A DNA stretch of 64,000 bases from Eutreptiella sp. 'Long Island Sound 2002' (lineage: Eukaryota > Protista > Euglenida). This document shows positions 1 to 13,264 of this stretch, piece by piece (positions within the stretch are counted from its first letter, which is position 1; each line of letters starts with the position of its first letter). The position numbers and the translations under genes are program-made. The DNA lies in assembly GCA_964036045.1 (NCBI GenBank), contig OZ038378.1, positions 168,516,001 through 168,580,000 of the forward strand. The letters run 5' to 3'. The notes under the pieces were generated by a model, which saw only the letters and a list, made by a program, of their open reading frames with translations, was not told the origin of the DNA and searched no databases.

Positions 1-2509
1 CCAGGTACGCAAGGTCTAAATCTAGAGCCGCTCTGTGTGCACGTCCACCAGTGTGGTCTGACGGCTCAGCAGTTGGTTTCTCTGCGTCGCCGGCAAGTTG
101 CAATGCAAAAGTGCAAGTTTCTGTACCGTTGTTGTGCCTGTGTGTAGAAGCATCGGTACAGAGAAATTTTGACGCACCAGACATATTGAAGAAAGCATTC
201 CCCAAATTCAATTTTTTTTGCATGCTCAACAGTTCCACTGAGTACAGTATGAGCTCTCAGGCAACAGCCTGGATCAAGATCTAGGGCATGTAGTGCAAAC
301 AATGTTCCTCAAATTCAGTGTCCTAACGCCGGTGTCGTCACAGTGTGAGGCCCATGTTCTCGCTCTGTAAGGGTGTCCTGTAGGGTCTTCACATCCTGCT
401 AGCGATTATGAAGTGTTGCTCCAATGGCAATGTCCACAGAGAGCAACAAAGCACGCACTACACAACGTGTTCTCGATCTGTGAAGGCGGAATGTGCTGAG
501 AGGTAGAACCCTTGACATGGGACACTGCTGGTGCAGAGTGTGGCAAGTCCACAGAATTTCTGTGATGAAGTGTGCGCCATCGGAACAGTGTAGCCGCAGA
601 CTACACCTATGAATGGGCATGCATGTCTAACACATTTGTATCCGCACATAAATGCGAATGTCATGTGGCCAACATGATTGCTGCAGGACGCCTGGAATAA
701 AAGGCGGATGCACAAGAAAGCATATCAAGTCTTCAAGGTTGTCCCGGATTCAGGGGTCTGTGCAGATGGTCCAAGTGCTCAGCCAGACAGTTGAAGTGTG
801 CTCCCGCTCAGGGCGGTGCCTTGGTCCCTCTTGGTACCTACAAGGCCCCCCCTTATGCATATGCGCCACAATTGATTGACAACCAAATGGGCAGGGAAGA
901 GATGCAGACAGATATCGGGGCACACAAGTGTACTCCCTAAAAGCAGAAACACACCGTTTTTGTCAGCCAAAGTGCATACATGCAATTCAATGGCTTGATA
1001 TATACACGCAACTGTAGCGTCGATAGAGGGGAAAGCTGTCCAAAAATGCGACTTCGCTGATTCGTGTCTGAGAAACCGCTGCATGCAATAACATCTCAAC
1101 CAAACTGCCCAGCAAAAGTCAGGCAAGTGCTACTAACACTATCACTAGAAGCGGAATCAGCACTAAGCTCGAAGGCTTTACCCTTATCCTTGTGTCCCGT
1201 GGGAGCACATGGAGAAGAGCCTTCGACGCCGACACAGCTAGAGGTTCGTACAAAGGGACGAAAGGTACAGCGTAGCCAGATGGCAGGAAGAAGAGGGATT
1301 CGCGTGGGACACAGAGGGCCATACTATGCGCCCTGTGCACATTTGCAATGGGAACCCACATTCCCAGGGTCCAAGAGCCATGACCTCCCTGTTCTTGGAA
1401 TACTGACTGAAAATACAGTACATCTACAGACAATCTTTGGAACTGTTGTCTGCAATTCCAGAGCAGGGAAATCACGTTGAAGGATGGGATGCAGACCCTG
1501 CACCTTTTTTTTTTTAGTTCAGACCTGCATAAGCTAGCAAAGCCCTCTTACCAGACGGTACTCGAGAAAACTCTCAGAATCAGGAATCAGAGCGGTCCAA
1601 TGCTACGATTGTCCCACAGCTCAGTGTGGTAGCGGACATGACACGTAGTTAGTGTAAACTAAATCTGAAACCATGAAATGCAGCGGGAACTGCCACGCCC
1701 GTAGGCATCCCAAGGTGCTGCTGGAGCACATAGAAAACTGAAGGCCAAGAAGAATTCGCAGGTTGTATTTCATACACTACTGGCACAGAGAGGGAGGGGG
1801 AAATGACGTTTAGGCATAGTTGGTCACTATTCGCTGTGGGGCGGGGAACATTGTTGCCCCTACTCCAGTTTGGGGTATGGACGGTGCCACACAAGGATTG
1901 AGGTGAAAATCAGAGCACAAGCAGGGTGATGGCGCGCTGTGGAGTGGCATTTCACTCCTGTGGGGGAAAAGTAGAAAAGGAAGGCACAGGAGGACCAGCC
2001 TGCCATTGGTTGGTGAAAAAAATGGTAACTGACGCGCAGCCGACACCACTGACAAGTGTATGGGTCAAGGATTTGGTGACGCTGCCCTGGGGTGTCTCAG
2101 TCTGGGGGTTTTGGGGGGTATGCAAGCTCTTTTTGGTTGGGAGTCCCCAGGGTTGCAGGGCTGTGAACGCTTTTTGAAGTGATGTACTGTGGCTGCGGCA
2201 TCCCGGAAAAGGTCCTCCATAATGGACCAGTTTTTCTGTAACAGCTGTGCGGCAATACTGGTAAGCGCTTGCATTGATTGATGTCTCATGGCACGTAGGG
2301 ACTGAACCCAAAATTTGGCTTTTCGTGTGTTACACGTATCCATCAGTGTATCGTAGTAGTCAAGGAGAAAAGTCCCCTGACGCCTCCAAACAATGATGCA
2401 GCGGCAGCAATGGATGTGTGCAGGGTTGTGCAACACTGTCGCACCCTTTTATAAAAGCGCTGTAGAAGGGAGGCTTCGATGTATCGTGCATACTGGAGGA
2501 AGCGACTCC

Positions 2510-3450
2510 CTAGTGCCATATCCCAACGCAGGTGCCGCATAAGGGTTTGGGCCAACTGATCATACTCCACGAGCGCTGTGGACTGGAACTTTGATATGTG
2601 GTTTGGGGGAGAGCAGTTTGAGGTGGCACACACCTGGGGATGCGTGAAGTGTGAGGAAGCAACGGTCTTGAAATCTGCTGCGTAGGGGGTACAGGGGTGA
2701 CGGGTGAGGTGGTGGACGGCTTTGGACCGATTTTTTTAGGTGGGGGGGCTGTGTCAACAGCGTTTGTATCCGGCGCACTTCGTAGGGTAGATGCCGGCTT
2801 GGGGGGGGAGGGCAGAAGGGGGTCTGAGCTTCGTTGCGCTGGGGAGAAGTGCATCTGCTCCCGTAGGACTGTTGCGGTTGGGTTAGGTTGTATTTTTCTG
2901 GGGCGCAGTGAACCGAACCAAGCAGAAACAGATTGGGTAGGGACAAAGGGATCGTTACACTGAGGGGGCATGGGCAGTTTGCCCCGGAGGGCCGTCACCA
3001 ACAGCAGTAAATGGTACTGATGATATGCAACGCGCTCACGTAATGCAGGTCGTAGTGATCGACGTAGACCATCTAAGAAGGACTGTGGGATTCTCAAGCG
3101 GGATATACGAATGAGGTCATCACGTGTTGCTTGGCCATACCAGGAGGTGGCATATTCAGTGCAGTCCCCCCAGTGACTGAGGCAGACTTTTCGGAAGTGG
3201 GTCTTCCAGGCGGGACACTGAATGAGCCTCAGATGGACTGTGCTGCCGTGGCATGTATTGCAGAGTGGGCACTGGCTGACTGTCTTTTCCCAAAGGGGGG
3301 CGCATCCCTCCCACCGTACACTTCCCCATAGCCAGCGGAGCCACAGCATGGCCAACTTGGCCCTGACCAGATTTCAGAGCAGTTAGATGGCACATCGGGG
3401 GCACCATTGGTGCAAGAACATGAAGACAACCAAACAACTCCGCATCCAGG
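2510..3450 (-). mobile_element. Degenerate non-LTR retrotransposon C-terminal remnant (zf-RVT-like zinc finger)
   Basis: CPLCNTCHGSTVHLRLIQCPAW (CxxC...H...C-W) in the 281-aa ORF; surrounding frames are broken; no RT motif seen. Confidence 0.45.
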
Positions 3451-4075
3451 CGGGGATCCCTGACACACACATGCGCACACACAAACACCCCACCGCACCC
3501 TATACCAACTGGCCTGTGTTGTGAGTTGCTTTCCCACATGGTCTTAGTTTGTGCCCCGTTGGTAACGTGCTTGAGCCCACGCAGTCTTTCCTTCATGGCT
3601 CTGCAACCTCACACCCCAGCGAACTGCAGTACAGCAGCTAAAATGTCATGCTGTTGTGGCTGCCGGAAGGTTGCTGGGCTACAAGAAAGCCTACACACCT
3701 GTGGCGATGCCGAGCGACTAGAATACACAAATGCGATACAATATATATAACACAACAACGCTTTCATGGAGGTGGTGCTTCTTCTCCATCAACAAATGGA
3801 TAAACCTCAGCCTCACCAACCATTCTGTTGACATGCAAATTGCTCATATGATGTCAGTTGGCGAATTCACTTGCCTGTCAAATTGATCAGCGCCTGTTCA
3901 AACGAACACCTCGGGGGTTGCTGTCCTGTCGCTTAAACACGAGCAACCTTCCTGTGGCACTTTTCAGCCGTGGGCATTCGTGGGAAACATGCATCACCTT
4001 GACTCCCCCACACAGACCGCCAAAACAAGTGTAAATCGGTGCGACCGGGAACAGGGAGCGGACCAAAACAAAGGT

Positions 4076-6493
4076 CTAAAGCGGTGGGTTGCACTGGGCC
4101 TGGATGTCCTCCTGGGTCAGACCGTCACAGAACACCACTTCCATGTCCGGAGGTTCAAAGCACGCGTAGCAGTGTTCCATCAACTTCGATAAATTCGGAC
4201 AGTAGAAGTTGACCAGGTGACCATTATCAAGAGAGCAGTCACCGTCATCACTTGGGCTCGGGCTTGGGCTGTCTATTGGGGGGCTTGAGCTGCTGCCTGG
4301 ACTTGAGACCGTGGGAAGCACTGCAACAACTGATGTATGTGGCACTGTGATGGAGAAACACCCGTGCCCGCCTGGCCCTTCGACTTGACCACCTTTCTCC
4401 AAAATATTGGTTCCGGTACTTTGGCCGCTTGAGTACAAGTACACATTGATAGCGGACGATTGAATGCCACAAGCTTCAGATTGCATGCGTGTGGCAGCAA
4501 CGTGACCGCCATTGGCATCGAATCGGTGCACCCGCAAAAACAGTGCTTCACCGGGATCTGCTTGCGCTGGCACAAGGCCCAGGTTGGCAAACCCATCGGC
4601 GTTGGAAGAAGCATGCACCGACACAATCGCCTTGCTGACACTGGAACCCCAATCCTGCATCTTCACATTTCTGCCCCCGCTGGGGGCGGGGATCTCTGCT
4701 GTGGGACTGTTTTGGGTATCCACAAAAGCCTGACTGGATTCGGAGTATAGCTGCACCTCAGTGTCCTGAATGCTGTTGACCAGTGCCTGCCGATCCTCCG
4801 TTGTCAGGTCAGCCACACTGGCAGATGCCTTTGTCAAAAAACTGGCCAACTTTGTGTTGGGACCAGCATACTTCGACACACATGGGCCCTGAAAACAAAT
4901 TTCAGATGCAGTGTTGTCGGTTGGGCAATCTGCGCCTCCATTGCGTGGTTTGATGGTTGTCCGAGATCGTGTCCGCGTTCCATCTCCACAGGAGGCACTG
5001 CAGGCACTCCAAGCATCCCAAGCCCCCACCACGCAATCTACAGCTTGCGGGGGGGCTGCACAGATCAAATGGTGATTAGCAGCAGATGATAGCCATCCTC
5101 CAGTTACAATGAGGCGGTTGCCAAGGTAGCCTGTACAGTGACCCTGAGGGTAATTCCCAACAACTACAAACGGGAGTGGAAAATCGGACGCACATTTGAA
5201 TAGATCCGACTGGCCACAAGTTGTGGTGGTAAATGGGATGACACGCCCACTGCAGTCGCCAGAACCAGGATAATTACCTGCAGGCTTGCCCCTGGGAATC
5301 CTGCCACATGCACTCACCACACCTTGCAAATCATTTGCATAACTTCCCTTGATGGCATAGAGGAGGTAGCCCTCGTGCTGCATGAACGGCTCTACAACAT
5401 TCACAGTGAATGTGCAGCTTTTGCCTCGGTTGCCCGTTGCATCATTTGCATCGCAACTCACTGTACTGGCGCCCAAACCAAACACACTACCAGATGGTGG
5501 GGTGCACGTCACCGCCACCGAGACGTCCACGTTATCTGTAGCGGTCGGCACTGCATAGGTCACGGTGGCACCGGCTGCTGACATGGCTTCAACTCCAGCA
5601 GTGATGTCGGCTGGACACGATGTCATGGCTGGTGGTGTTGTATCTACAACTTCCAAACCAAACGTACAGCTTGTGCCCACGTTGCCCGCTGCATCCTCTG
5701 CTCTGCAACTCACTGTGCTGGTGCCCAAACCAAACACACTGCCAGATGGTGGCTTGCACGTCACTGCCACAGACACGTCCACGATATCTGTGGCGGTCGG
5801 CACTGCATAGGTCACGGTGGCACCGGCAGCTGACGTGGCCTCAACTGCAGTTATGTCGGCTGGACATGATGTCATGGCTGGTGGTGTTGTATCTACAACT
5901 TCCACGTCGAAGGTGCAGCTTGAGCCCACGTTGCCCGCTGCATCGTCTGCACTTGTGCATGTTACAATATTGGTGCCAAAGGCAAACACACTGCCAGATG
6001 GTGGCTTGCACGTCACTGCCACAGACACGTCCACGATATCTGTGGCGGTCGGCACTGCATAGGTCACGGTGGCACCGGCAGCTGACGTGGCCTCAACTGC
6101 AGTTATGTCGGCTGGACATGATGTCATGGCTGGTGGTGTTGTGTCTACAACTTCCACGTCGAAGGTGCAGCTTGAGCCCACGTTGCCCGCTGCATCGTCT
6201 GCACTGGTGCATGTTACAATATTGGTGCCAAAGGCAAACACACTGCCAGATGGTGGCTTGCACGTCACTGCCACTGGGCCGTCAAAGTTGTCTGTGGCGC
6301 TCGGCGGTGAATAGATCACTTTGGCACCGGCAGCTGACGTGGCCTCAACTGCAGTGGTGCCAGCCCAACACGTGATGGCTGGTGGTGTCGTGTCGGGCAG
6401 ACCAATCGAGACTCGATCAATGAGCCACATATCATATTGCTGGTTCAACTGGTTGGAAAACCTGATGGTCACAGACGGCGCATTTGCACTGAA
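4076..6493 (-). CDS. Segment 5: four HYR domains, Cys-rich domain, TSP1 repeat and C-terminal region
   Basis: DTTPPAMTSCPADITAVEATSAAGATVTYAVPTATD repeats (HYR); DCVVGAWDAWSACSASCGDGTRTRSR (TSP1). Confidence 0.88.
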   Translation of the reverse strand, partial: FSANAPSVTIRFSNQLNQQYDMWLIDRVSIGLPDTTPPAITCWAGTTAVEATSAAGAKVIYSPPSATDNFDGPVAVTCKPPSGSVFAFGTNIVTCTSADDAAGNVGSSCTFDVEVVDTTPPAMTSCPADITAVEATSAAGATVTYAVPTATDIVDVSVAVTCKPPSGSVFAFGTNIVTCTSADDAAGNVGSSCTFDVEVVDTTPPAMTSCPADITAVEATSAAGATVTYAVPTATDIVDVSVAVTCKPPSGSVFGLGTSTVSCRAEDAAGNVGTSCTFGLEVVDTTPPAMTSCPADITAGVEAMSAAGATVTYAVPTATDNVDVSVAVTCTPPSGSVFGLGASTVSCDANDATGNRGKSCTFTVNVVEPFMQHEGYLLYAIKGSYANDLQGVVSACGRIPRGKPAGNYPGSGDCSGRVIPFTTTTCGQSDLFKCASDFPLPFVVVGNYPQGHCTGYLGNRLIVTGGWLSSAANHHLICAAPPQAVDCVVGAWDAWSACSASCGDGTRTRSRTTIKPRNGGADCPTDNTASEICFQGPCVSKYAGPNTKLASFLTKASASVADLTTEDRQALVNSIQDTEVQLYSESSQAFVDTQNSPTAEIPAPSGGRNVKMQDWGSSVSKAIVSVHASSNADGFANLGLVPAQADPGEALFLRVHRFDANGGHVAATRMQSEACGIQSSAINVYLYSSGQSTGTNILEKGGQVEGPGGHGCFSITVPHTSVVAVLPTVSSPGSSSSPPIDSPSPSPSDDGDCSLDNGHLVNFYCPNLSKLMEHCYACFEPPDMEVVFCDGLTQEDIQAQCNPPL
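5390..6395 (-). repeat. Four tandem 252-bp HYR-coding units, the middle two nearly identical
   Basis: Anchor ggtcacggtggcacc recurs at 5558, 5810 and 6062 (period 252 bp). Confidence 0.95.
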
Positions 6494-7850
6494 TCATATC
6501 CTCGCCAAACACCTTGGTGTCCTTGTTTTGAGCTGCAGCTGGAAAGACGACCCCATCCACTCGCACTTCACAGTGTTGCCTGAATTGCTCCGATGTTCGC
6601 GTTGAAAGAATCCTGAAAGCCGATAGGAATCTGAGGTGATAGGCTTGGCCCACAACGAGATCGCCAACGGTCTGCTCGATCCAGGCACGGCGTGGCCATA
6701 TGCGAATATGGTATCGACCATTTCCAGAGTCGAACTGCTCATTGCCATTCGGGACTAAAGCAGCATCGCATCCCTTTCTCTTCCATCCCTTTGGAGGATT
6801 GTTGCACGCTGCAAGATTTTCTCCTTGTCCATCTGCCTCGAAATGTGGATTCACTATGGGCACTCCTTTTGTGCAAAGTTTTCCACCATAAATCCATTTG
6901 CCTCCGTCACCGCATGTGGCAGTGGGTGAACCCCTGTAGCCACTGGCACACGTTGGAATGCAGACGCCACCAAAATCAGTCTGACAGTGGTCGAAAAGAG
7001 TGCCCGTGTTGCTTGGTGGCCCACAGGAAACCGGCTTGCAGGTGCCACCAGTGACCCATTGATGATCTGTTCCACATTTTGCAGTGGGTGAACCAGAATA
7101 GCCATCTGCACATCTTGGCGAGCATACGCCCCCAGAATGGGTTTCACAAGGAGGATGGCCCTCGTACACTACACCAGGTCGCGCGGCTGGTGGTCCACAA
7201 ACGGCTGACTCACAATTGCGTCCAACAAATGTGGGCGGGCAGGTGCAGGAATACTCTCCGGGCCTGTTGCTGCAGACTCCGCCATTCCGGCATGGATTGG
7301 GATCGCACTCGTCGAATGTATCCACATCTTCAGACCCACACGATCCCTTGGTGACCCAATAAACACTTTCCGCTTCACAGGCGTTTCCTGAACCAGATTC
7401 AACAGGATAACATGGATATCCGCCCCAGACACCTTCCAATATCCGCCCATCCACATGTTTGCAGCACTGAGCCTTATCTTGAATGCTCGGGCATCCGCGT
7501 TGATCAGGAAGAATGGTTCTTTTGCTGTCACAATCCAAAAAAGCGGTTTTACTGCTTGCATCCCGGATGGACAGGCGCCTGTAATCAGTGCCATCCTCAC
7601 AAAAATACTCGATTTCCATGTCCTTGTTGCACCAACCAATCGGAGCATCACTGACACCAAAGTCAACAACGTTGATGGACCAGTGGCATGCCAAATTACC
7701 ATCACAACACTTTCTTGCTTCAAGGGTCAGGTCATCACGTACATTCTTGGAGGGACAGGCCGAAGAAACACCACAATTCTTGCCATAAACAGCCGAAATC
7801 ACTCGGATACCTCTGCCTGTAACAGCTTGGGTACACTCACCAGCAATAAT
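6494..7850 (-). CDS. Segment 4: SUEL/Gal-lectin, Cys-rich, EGF, two Sushi-like and galactose-binding-like domain
   Basis: In frame with segment 3 across TGA (TAKCGIDGK*IIAGECT); IRVISAVYGKNCG, DECDPNPCRNGGVC, IVNPHFEADG motifs. Confidence 0.85.
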
Positions 7851-8640
7851 TCACTTCCCATCAATGCCGCATTTGGCAGTGGGTGAGCCCTCGTACCCTG
7901 GGGTACATCTGGGAGAGCACACGCCACCAGAATGCATCTCGCAATCATCGTACCTCACCCCAGGCTGGGCCTGTGGAGCCCCACACACAGCGAATTCACA
8001 ATTGTTGCCTTGGTATACAGTGGTTCCAGTGCTGGGGCACACACACGAGTATCCCATCATCCCGTTGGTGCAGACTCCGCCATTTTGACAAGGATTGGCT
8101 GCACATTCATCAAATTTGTCTTCAGACCCACACGATCCCTTGGTGACCCAATAAACACTTTCCGCTTCACAGGTGTTTCCTGAACCAGATTCAACAGGAT
8201 AACATGGATATCCACCCCAGACACCTTCCAACATCCGCCCATCCACATGTTTGCAGCACTGAGCCTTATCTTTAATGCTCGGGCATCCGTGTTGATCAGG
8301 AAGAATGGCCCGGGTGCAGTCCAAAAAAGCAGTTTTACTGCTTGCATCTTTTACCACGGCATGCCGTGCAAGAATTTCAGTGGCACAGGTGTAAGAGATT
8401 TCAAGGTCCTTTGTGCAATGGCCAACAGGAGCATCACTGACACCAAGCTCAACGACATTGATGGACCAGTGACAAGCAATTTTACCATTACATTTTTTGG
8501 CTGCTGGACTGGTCAAGTCATCGTATGTATTGCATCCACACGACTTTCCATAAGATGCGGAAAGAATTCTGACACCTGAAGCCACGCATGTCAAAGGAGT
8601 GAATGTCCCATCCGTCTGGCAGATGACGTCCCCATTGCCA
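7080..8640 (-). repeat. Tandem duplication of about 792 bp (SUEL-Cys-EGF-Sushi block)
   Basis: ttcagacccacacgatcccttggtgacccaataaacactttccgcttcacagg occurs at 7329 and 8121; flanking protein blocks are paralogous. Outer boundaries approximate. Confidence 0.9.
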
Positions 8641-11600
8641 CTGTATCCCACATCACATTGCACTGGGATCTGCATGCCAGTGGTCCCTTGGATGGATCCT
8701 GATTGAGCCTTGTCTGAGTGGGCTACTGATGTATGTGTGCATGAGTTGGCTGTACATGTCAACGGAGTGAATGTCCCATCCTTCTGGCAGGTGACGTACC
8801 CACTGCCACTGTATCCCACATCACATTGCACTGGGATCTGCATGCCAGTGGTCCCTTGGATGGGTCCTGATTGAGCCTTGTCTGAGTGGGCTACTGATGT
8901 AGGTGTGCATGAGTTGGCTGTACATGTCAACGGAGTGAATGTCCCATCCTTCTGGCAGGTGACGTACCCACTGCCACTGTACCCTGGATCACACGTTACT
9001 GTCACAGAAACACCCCGACCTCCCCAGATCCACGAGGGTCTGTTTGAATGAGGAATTCCTGTTGACTGGCATGGATTTTGTGGGACGGTTGTGCATTTGT
9101 GGGCCACCCACCAGGCCCTAGCATCTGCGGGAGCAAACCCCCAACTTTTCTGAGCGTACGAGACAGCATGCACATTCGATATGCCTTGGCATGAGCAGCT
9201 CCAACCTGAACATTCTGTGCACTGTAAAGACGTGAACATACCCTCCGCTTGGCAAACAACATGACCACTACCACTGTATCCAGAATCACATTGCACCATG
9301 ATGTGCTGTCCAGTGGTACCCCTTATAGACCCAGGTACTCGTTTGTCAGAGTTGGCCACCTGTGTCGGCATGCATGGCTGGGCCACGCACTTCAAGTAGC
9401 TGAAGTAGTAGAAGGTGAAGAATTCATTGGCTTTACAAATTACTTCGCCACTACCACTGTATCCTGGATCACACGTCACCGTGACCTGTTGGCCAATAGT
9501 GCCTGTGATAGAGCCATGCGCACTTTTATCAGAATGTGCCACTTGTGTTGGAAAGCACGAGGCCAGTGTGCATGTCAGACTGGTGAACTTCCCATTGGCT
9601 TGGCAGGTGACGTAGCCACTACCAGTGTACCCTTTATCACAATAGACTGGAATCTTCTGGCCAGTGGTCCCTCTAATGGAATTTGGCTCGCTTTTGTCAG
9701 AGTTGTCCACTTGTGCTTCAGTACATTTCCTCGGTAGGCATACCACAGGATTAAATCTTCCGTTCGGCTGGCAGACAGCAAACCCATAGTGATCATCATA
9801 AGAATTATCCTCTCGAAATGCAGCAGGGTGTCTAATAAATGAAGCACGGTATCCAGGGTTACAATTCACCCGCACCCACTCACCAGTGGTGCCCTTGATG
9901 GACCCTTCTTCACTTTTGTCAGAGTTGGCGACTTGGGTTGACTCGCAGCTTTCAGCAGCGCATGTCATTGATGTGAACAATCCATTAATTTGGCATTCGA
10001 CGGTGCTGCTGCCTCGATACCCTGCATCACAGATCACTTGGACCTTCTGACCAAAGGTACCAGTGATGAACCCCTGGCCACTTTTGTCGGAGTGAGGCAC
10101 CTGTGTTGGCTTGCACGGTTTGGGCTTACATGTCACGTGTGTGAAGTGGGAATTGGCTTGGCAGGTAACATCACCGCCACCAGTGTATCCCGGGTCACAT
10201 GTCACTGTCACTTTCTCAAGAAAGCCGGCGCTGAATTCTTTTCCCCATGCGTCAGAGTTAGCTACCGGCACATTGGTGCAACGTGGTGCGCAGACGTTGG
10301 AACAGCAGACGTTGGAACACCCGCTGTTGTACCGAAAGTTGTTCTCAGTCCGTTCATCCTCCTCCCACGTACTCCATGCCGTGTCAAATCGGTGGCACTG
10401 TCCAGATGCGCTGTCAAAATACCAACGGGACACGCATTCGTCAGTGGTACATCTCTTGACTGGTTTCCGGCATCTGTTGCGCACAGCATCTGAGCAATCC
10501 CACCAAGTAAATCTTCCGTTGGCTTGGCAGATAAAATTGTGGACCTGCTGGGGATCGCCATTACACGTCACTGGTACAACATCACCAGTGCTCCCAGTGA
10601 TAGAATTCCACACTGGATAATCGGAATCCCTGTGGCCTGTTGGCTGGCATGGATTAGGTGTGCATATCATAGAGGTGAATGTTCCATCCGCCTGGCACAT
10701 CACGGTACTGTTGCTGCTGGTGTACCCTTCATCACATTTCACTGTGACAATCTGACCAGTCGTCTCATTGATGGATCCCGGGTCACTTTTGTCGGAGTTG
10801 GCGACCTGCGTCGCTTTGCATGGTTTGCCTACACATGCCACATAAGTGAATCTACGGTCGGGTTGGCACCTCAGCTCGCCCCAATCCACATTAGTCATCC
10901 ACGTCTTCCACGGAGTGAAGCCATATGCCGGGGTGTACCCCTCGTCACAATTCACTGTCACAGACGAACCAGGAAACCCAATAATCGACCCTGGCACCTT
11001 CCGGTCCGAATTAGCCACTTGGGTGACCTCACAGGGACTGGCGTGCATCACTCGAAACGGAAACTGAATCAAGTGCCTTCCGGCAAGGTCATCGATCGGC
11101 ATTCCACCCAACGGCACCCCAGCCTGCGTCAGGTCGACCGTCCACCCCAGACTCCCGGGCAAGGAACCCGGAGCTGTGATCAGGACTCGGAATGTGTATG
11201 CCCCAGGGAGCAGACAGTCACGTTTTGTGATGCGGGTCCCACTGCTCGACGAAGAATAGCTCTCCGGAGGCTCCCCTCTGGCAGGGGTTGCCTCCGGGAT
11301 ATACCACCCAAAGGCACCAGGCCTGGACGGCAGGCTGATTGTGAGTTCAACTTCCTGGCAAGCGCAATCCAAGTGCACCGTCTTGCCGTGGGCTGCTGGA
11401 ATGGAGAGGGTTCTGGCCTCATTGTAGGTGCCACACCTGTACTTGACGTCAATGGAAACGCCATCGCAGGAAACCCCTCCAAGCGCAGGACCGTCGACGA
11501 ACCAAGCGCACGTCACATGGCCATTACACTCCGCGGATAACTGCGGCGTCACATCATTCCCCCTTCCACAGCGTTGCCCATATGTGGCATCCAGCACTTG

Positions 11601-13264
11601 GATTGCATCTGCAATGGCGCAATACTGAGGCCCTGACACGTGGCCCCTGCGTGGCTGCCGTCTCACACCGTACTCCTTCAGGTAACAAGCCGCATCAGAG
11701 GACACGTGTGTCCAAAAGTAACACCAAGCGTTATCTTGACACTCTGCTTGGCACTGCTCCTTGCTGGCGATTTGAGTCTTTGTTGCAATAATCCGGCTTT
11801 CCAAATCAATCTCTTGCTCAGCACAACTACAGTCCATGCACGAGCCACCACAGTCCACTCCCTCCTCATCGCCATTTCGCATCCCGTCGGCGCAAGAAGG
11901 GTCCGAAACGGTGAATGGGTGGACAGTGATGGGGTGGACTGCGTGTAGCAGCAATTTCCCACTGCTATAAATGCTCACCTCCTGGACCGATTCCGCAGAG
12001 GCAGAGAAACGGTGTGTCCAGGGTAACAGGCACTGTCGTTGATGCTGCTGACCTGCAGTCTGATATTCGACGCTTGTGGTCTCCTCGGGTGTCCCGATGG
12101 ACCACTCTGCCACCCCTCTACTGCTATCTGGGCGGGAAACGATGTACACATCCACTTCTGTGCATGTGGCGTGACTGCTGCAGTCGGCTCCAGAGTACCC
12201 ATAGCCGCATGTGCACCCCTCCTCCTTGCACACACCGTGCCCGGAGCATGGGTTACCTGCTCCTCCTGGGCACTCCACACAAATTCCACCAGTGGCCCAA
12301 TCCCCAGAATCCAGGCACGTTGCCGTGGGCCGTCGCGGCACGTTCGGTTGCATCCACCCAGCGGCACAGCGGACGGGACACCGGCCATCGAACATGGTTT
12401 CACAAGGGCCATCGCGGACGGCATTCCTTTGCGCCAGCTCAGAATCCGGCGGGGGACCACACTGGACCGGGCTGCAGGAGCCCTGCATGGTCCACGCCCC
12501 ACTGGGCTCACAAAGGATCACGGGGGAGCCAAGGTACCCCGGCGCACAAGCCACTGGACAGTGGCCCCCGTAGGTGAAGTCGCAGGGCCCTGCCGTGACG
12601 ACGTGGGCAAAGTAGAACTGCTGGCAGTCCTTTGGGGTGCACCGGGCGACAGTCCAGCCACCGTCGTGCCCGCACACGGCAGTGGGGGTGCCGTAGTAGC
12701 CCCGGTCACACGTGACCTCACAGTGCCCGAAATAAGTGGTTTGGCACCGCCCCGGCACCACGACCACCCCTGTCCCCATCACATCCGGGGGCTGGCTATC
12801 CACCTCGTGGCAGTCCGGCCCGGTGTACCCTTCATCACATTGACACACGGGGCGGGCGTCCCGCACCGTACATGACGCGTTGGCAGGACATGCCCCCGCG
12901 CAGGCGTTGGTCTCGCACGTGGGGCCCACCCACGGCCCTGGGCAGGTGCACTGCCCCGCGGGGCCGCAGGTCCCGCCGTTGTGGCAGGGGTTGGGCACGC
13001 ATTGCTCGGGCACGCAGTTCTTGCCGTCCCCGGCGGGGCTGGCAAACCCCGGGTCGCAGGCGCAGCCCCCACCCCCCGCACAATCCGAGTGGGCCCCACA
13101 TGGACAAGGGTCAAGGATCTGGATGGAGTCAATCAGGATATCCCCCTCAACGTCCACGTCTCGTGTGAAGTACAGAGGCCAGAAATGGTCCGAGTAAACG
13201 GTGAACTCGTCGACCACCTTTTTCCAGCCCGCCCCTATAACGTTCGGCAGCGGGTAAAAGAAAT
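7854..13264 (-). CDS. Segment 3: EGF repeats, Sushi/CCP-like repeats, PAN/apple domain and two SUEL/Gal-lectin domains
   Basis: CVPNPCHNGGTC and DECAANPCQNGGVC (EGF); KEQCQAECQDNAWCYFWTHVSSDAACYLK (PAN); IQVLDATYGQRC and VRILSASYGKSC (SUEL); more than 10 repeats C..TQVANSDK..GSI.GTTG..V.V.CD.GY.GSG.V.CQ..G.FT.LTC. Confidence 0.85.
8590..9000 (-). repeat. Near-identical 168-bp Sushi-like coding repeats
   Basis: Anchor aa(c/a)ggagtgaatgtcccatc at 8593, 8761 and 8929 (period 168 bp). Confidence 0.93.

Noticed and set aside
6472-6515. A 22-nt GT-AG mini-intron (GTTTGGCGAGGATATGATTCAG) that would repair the 6491-6494 frameshift
   Set aside because: Far shorter than the introns seen here (66 nt or more) and it would delete residues (FGEDMIF) that fit the domain pattern.
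5565-6605. Repeated plus-strand 81-aa ORFs (MAPAADVASTAVMSAG...)
   Set aside because: Antisense shadows of the HYR repeats.
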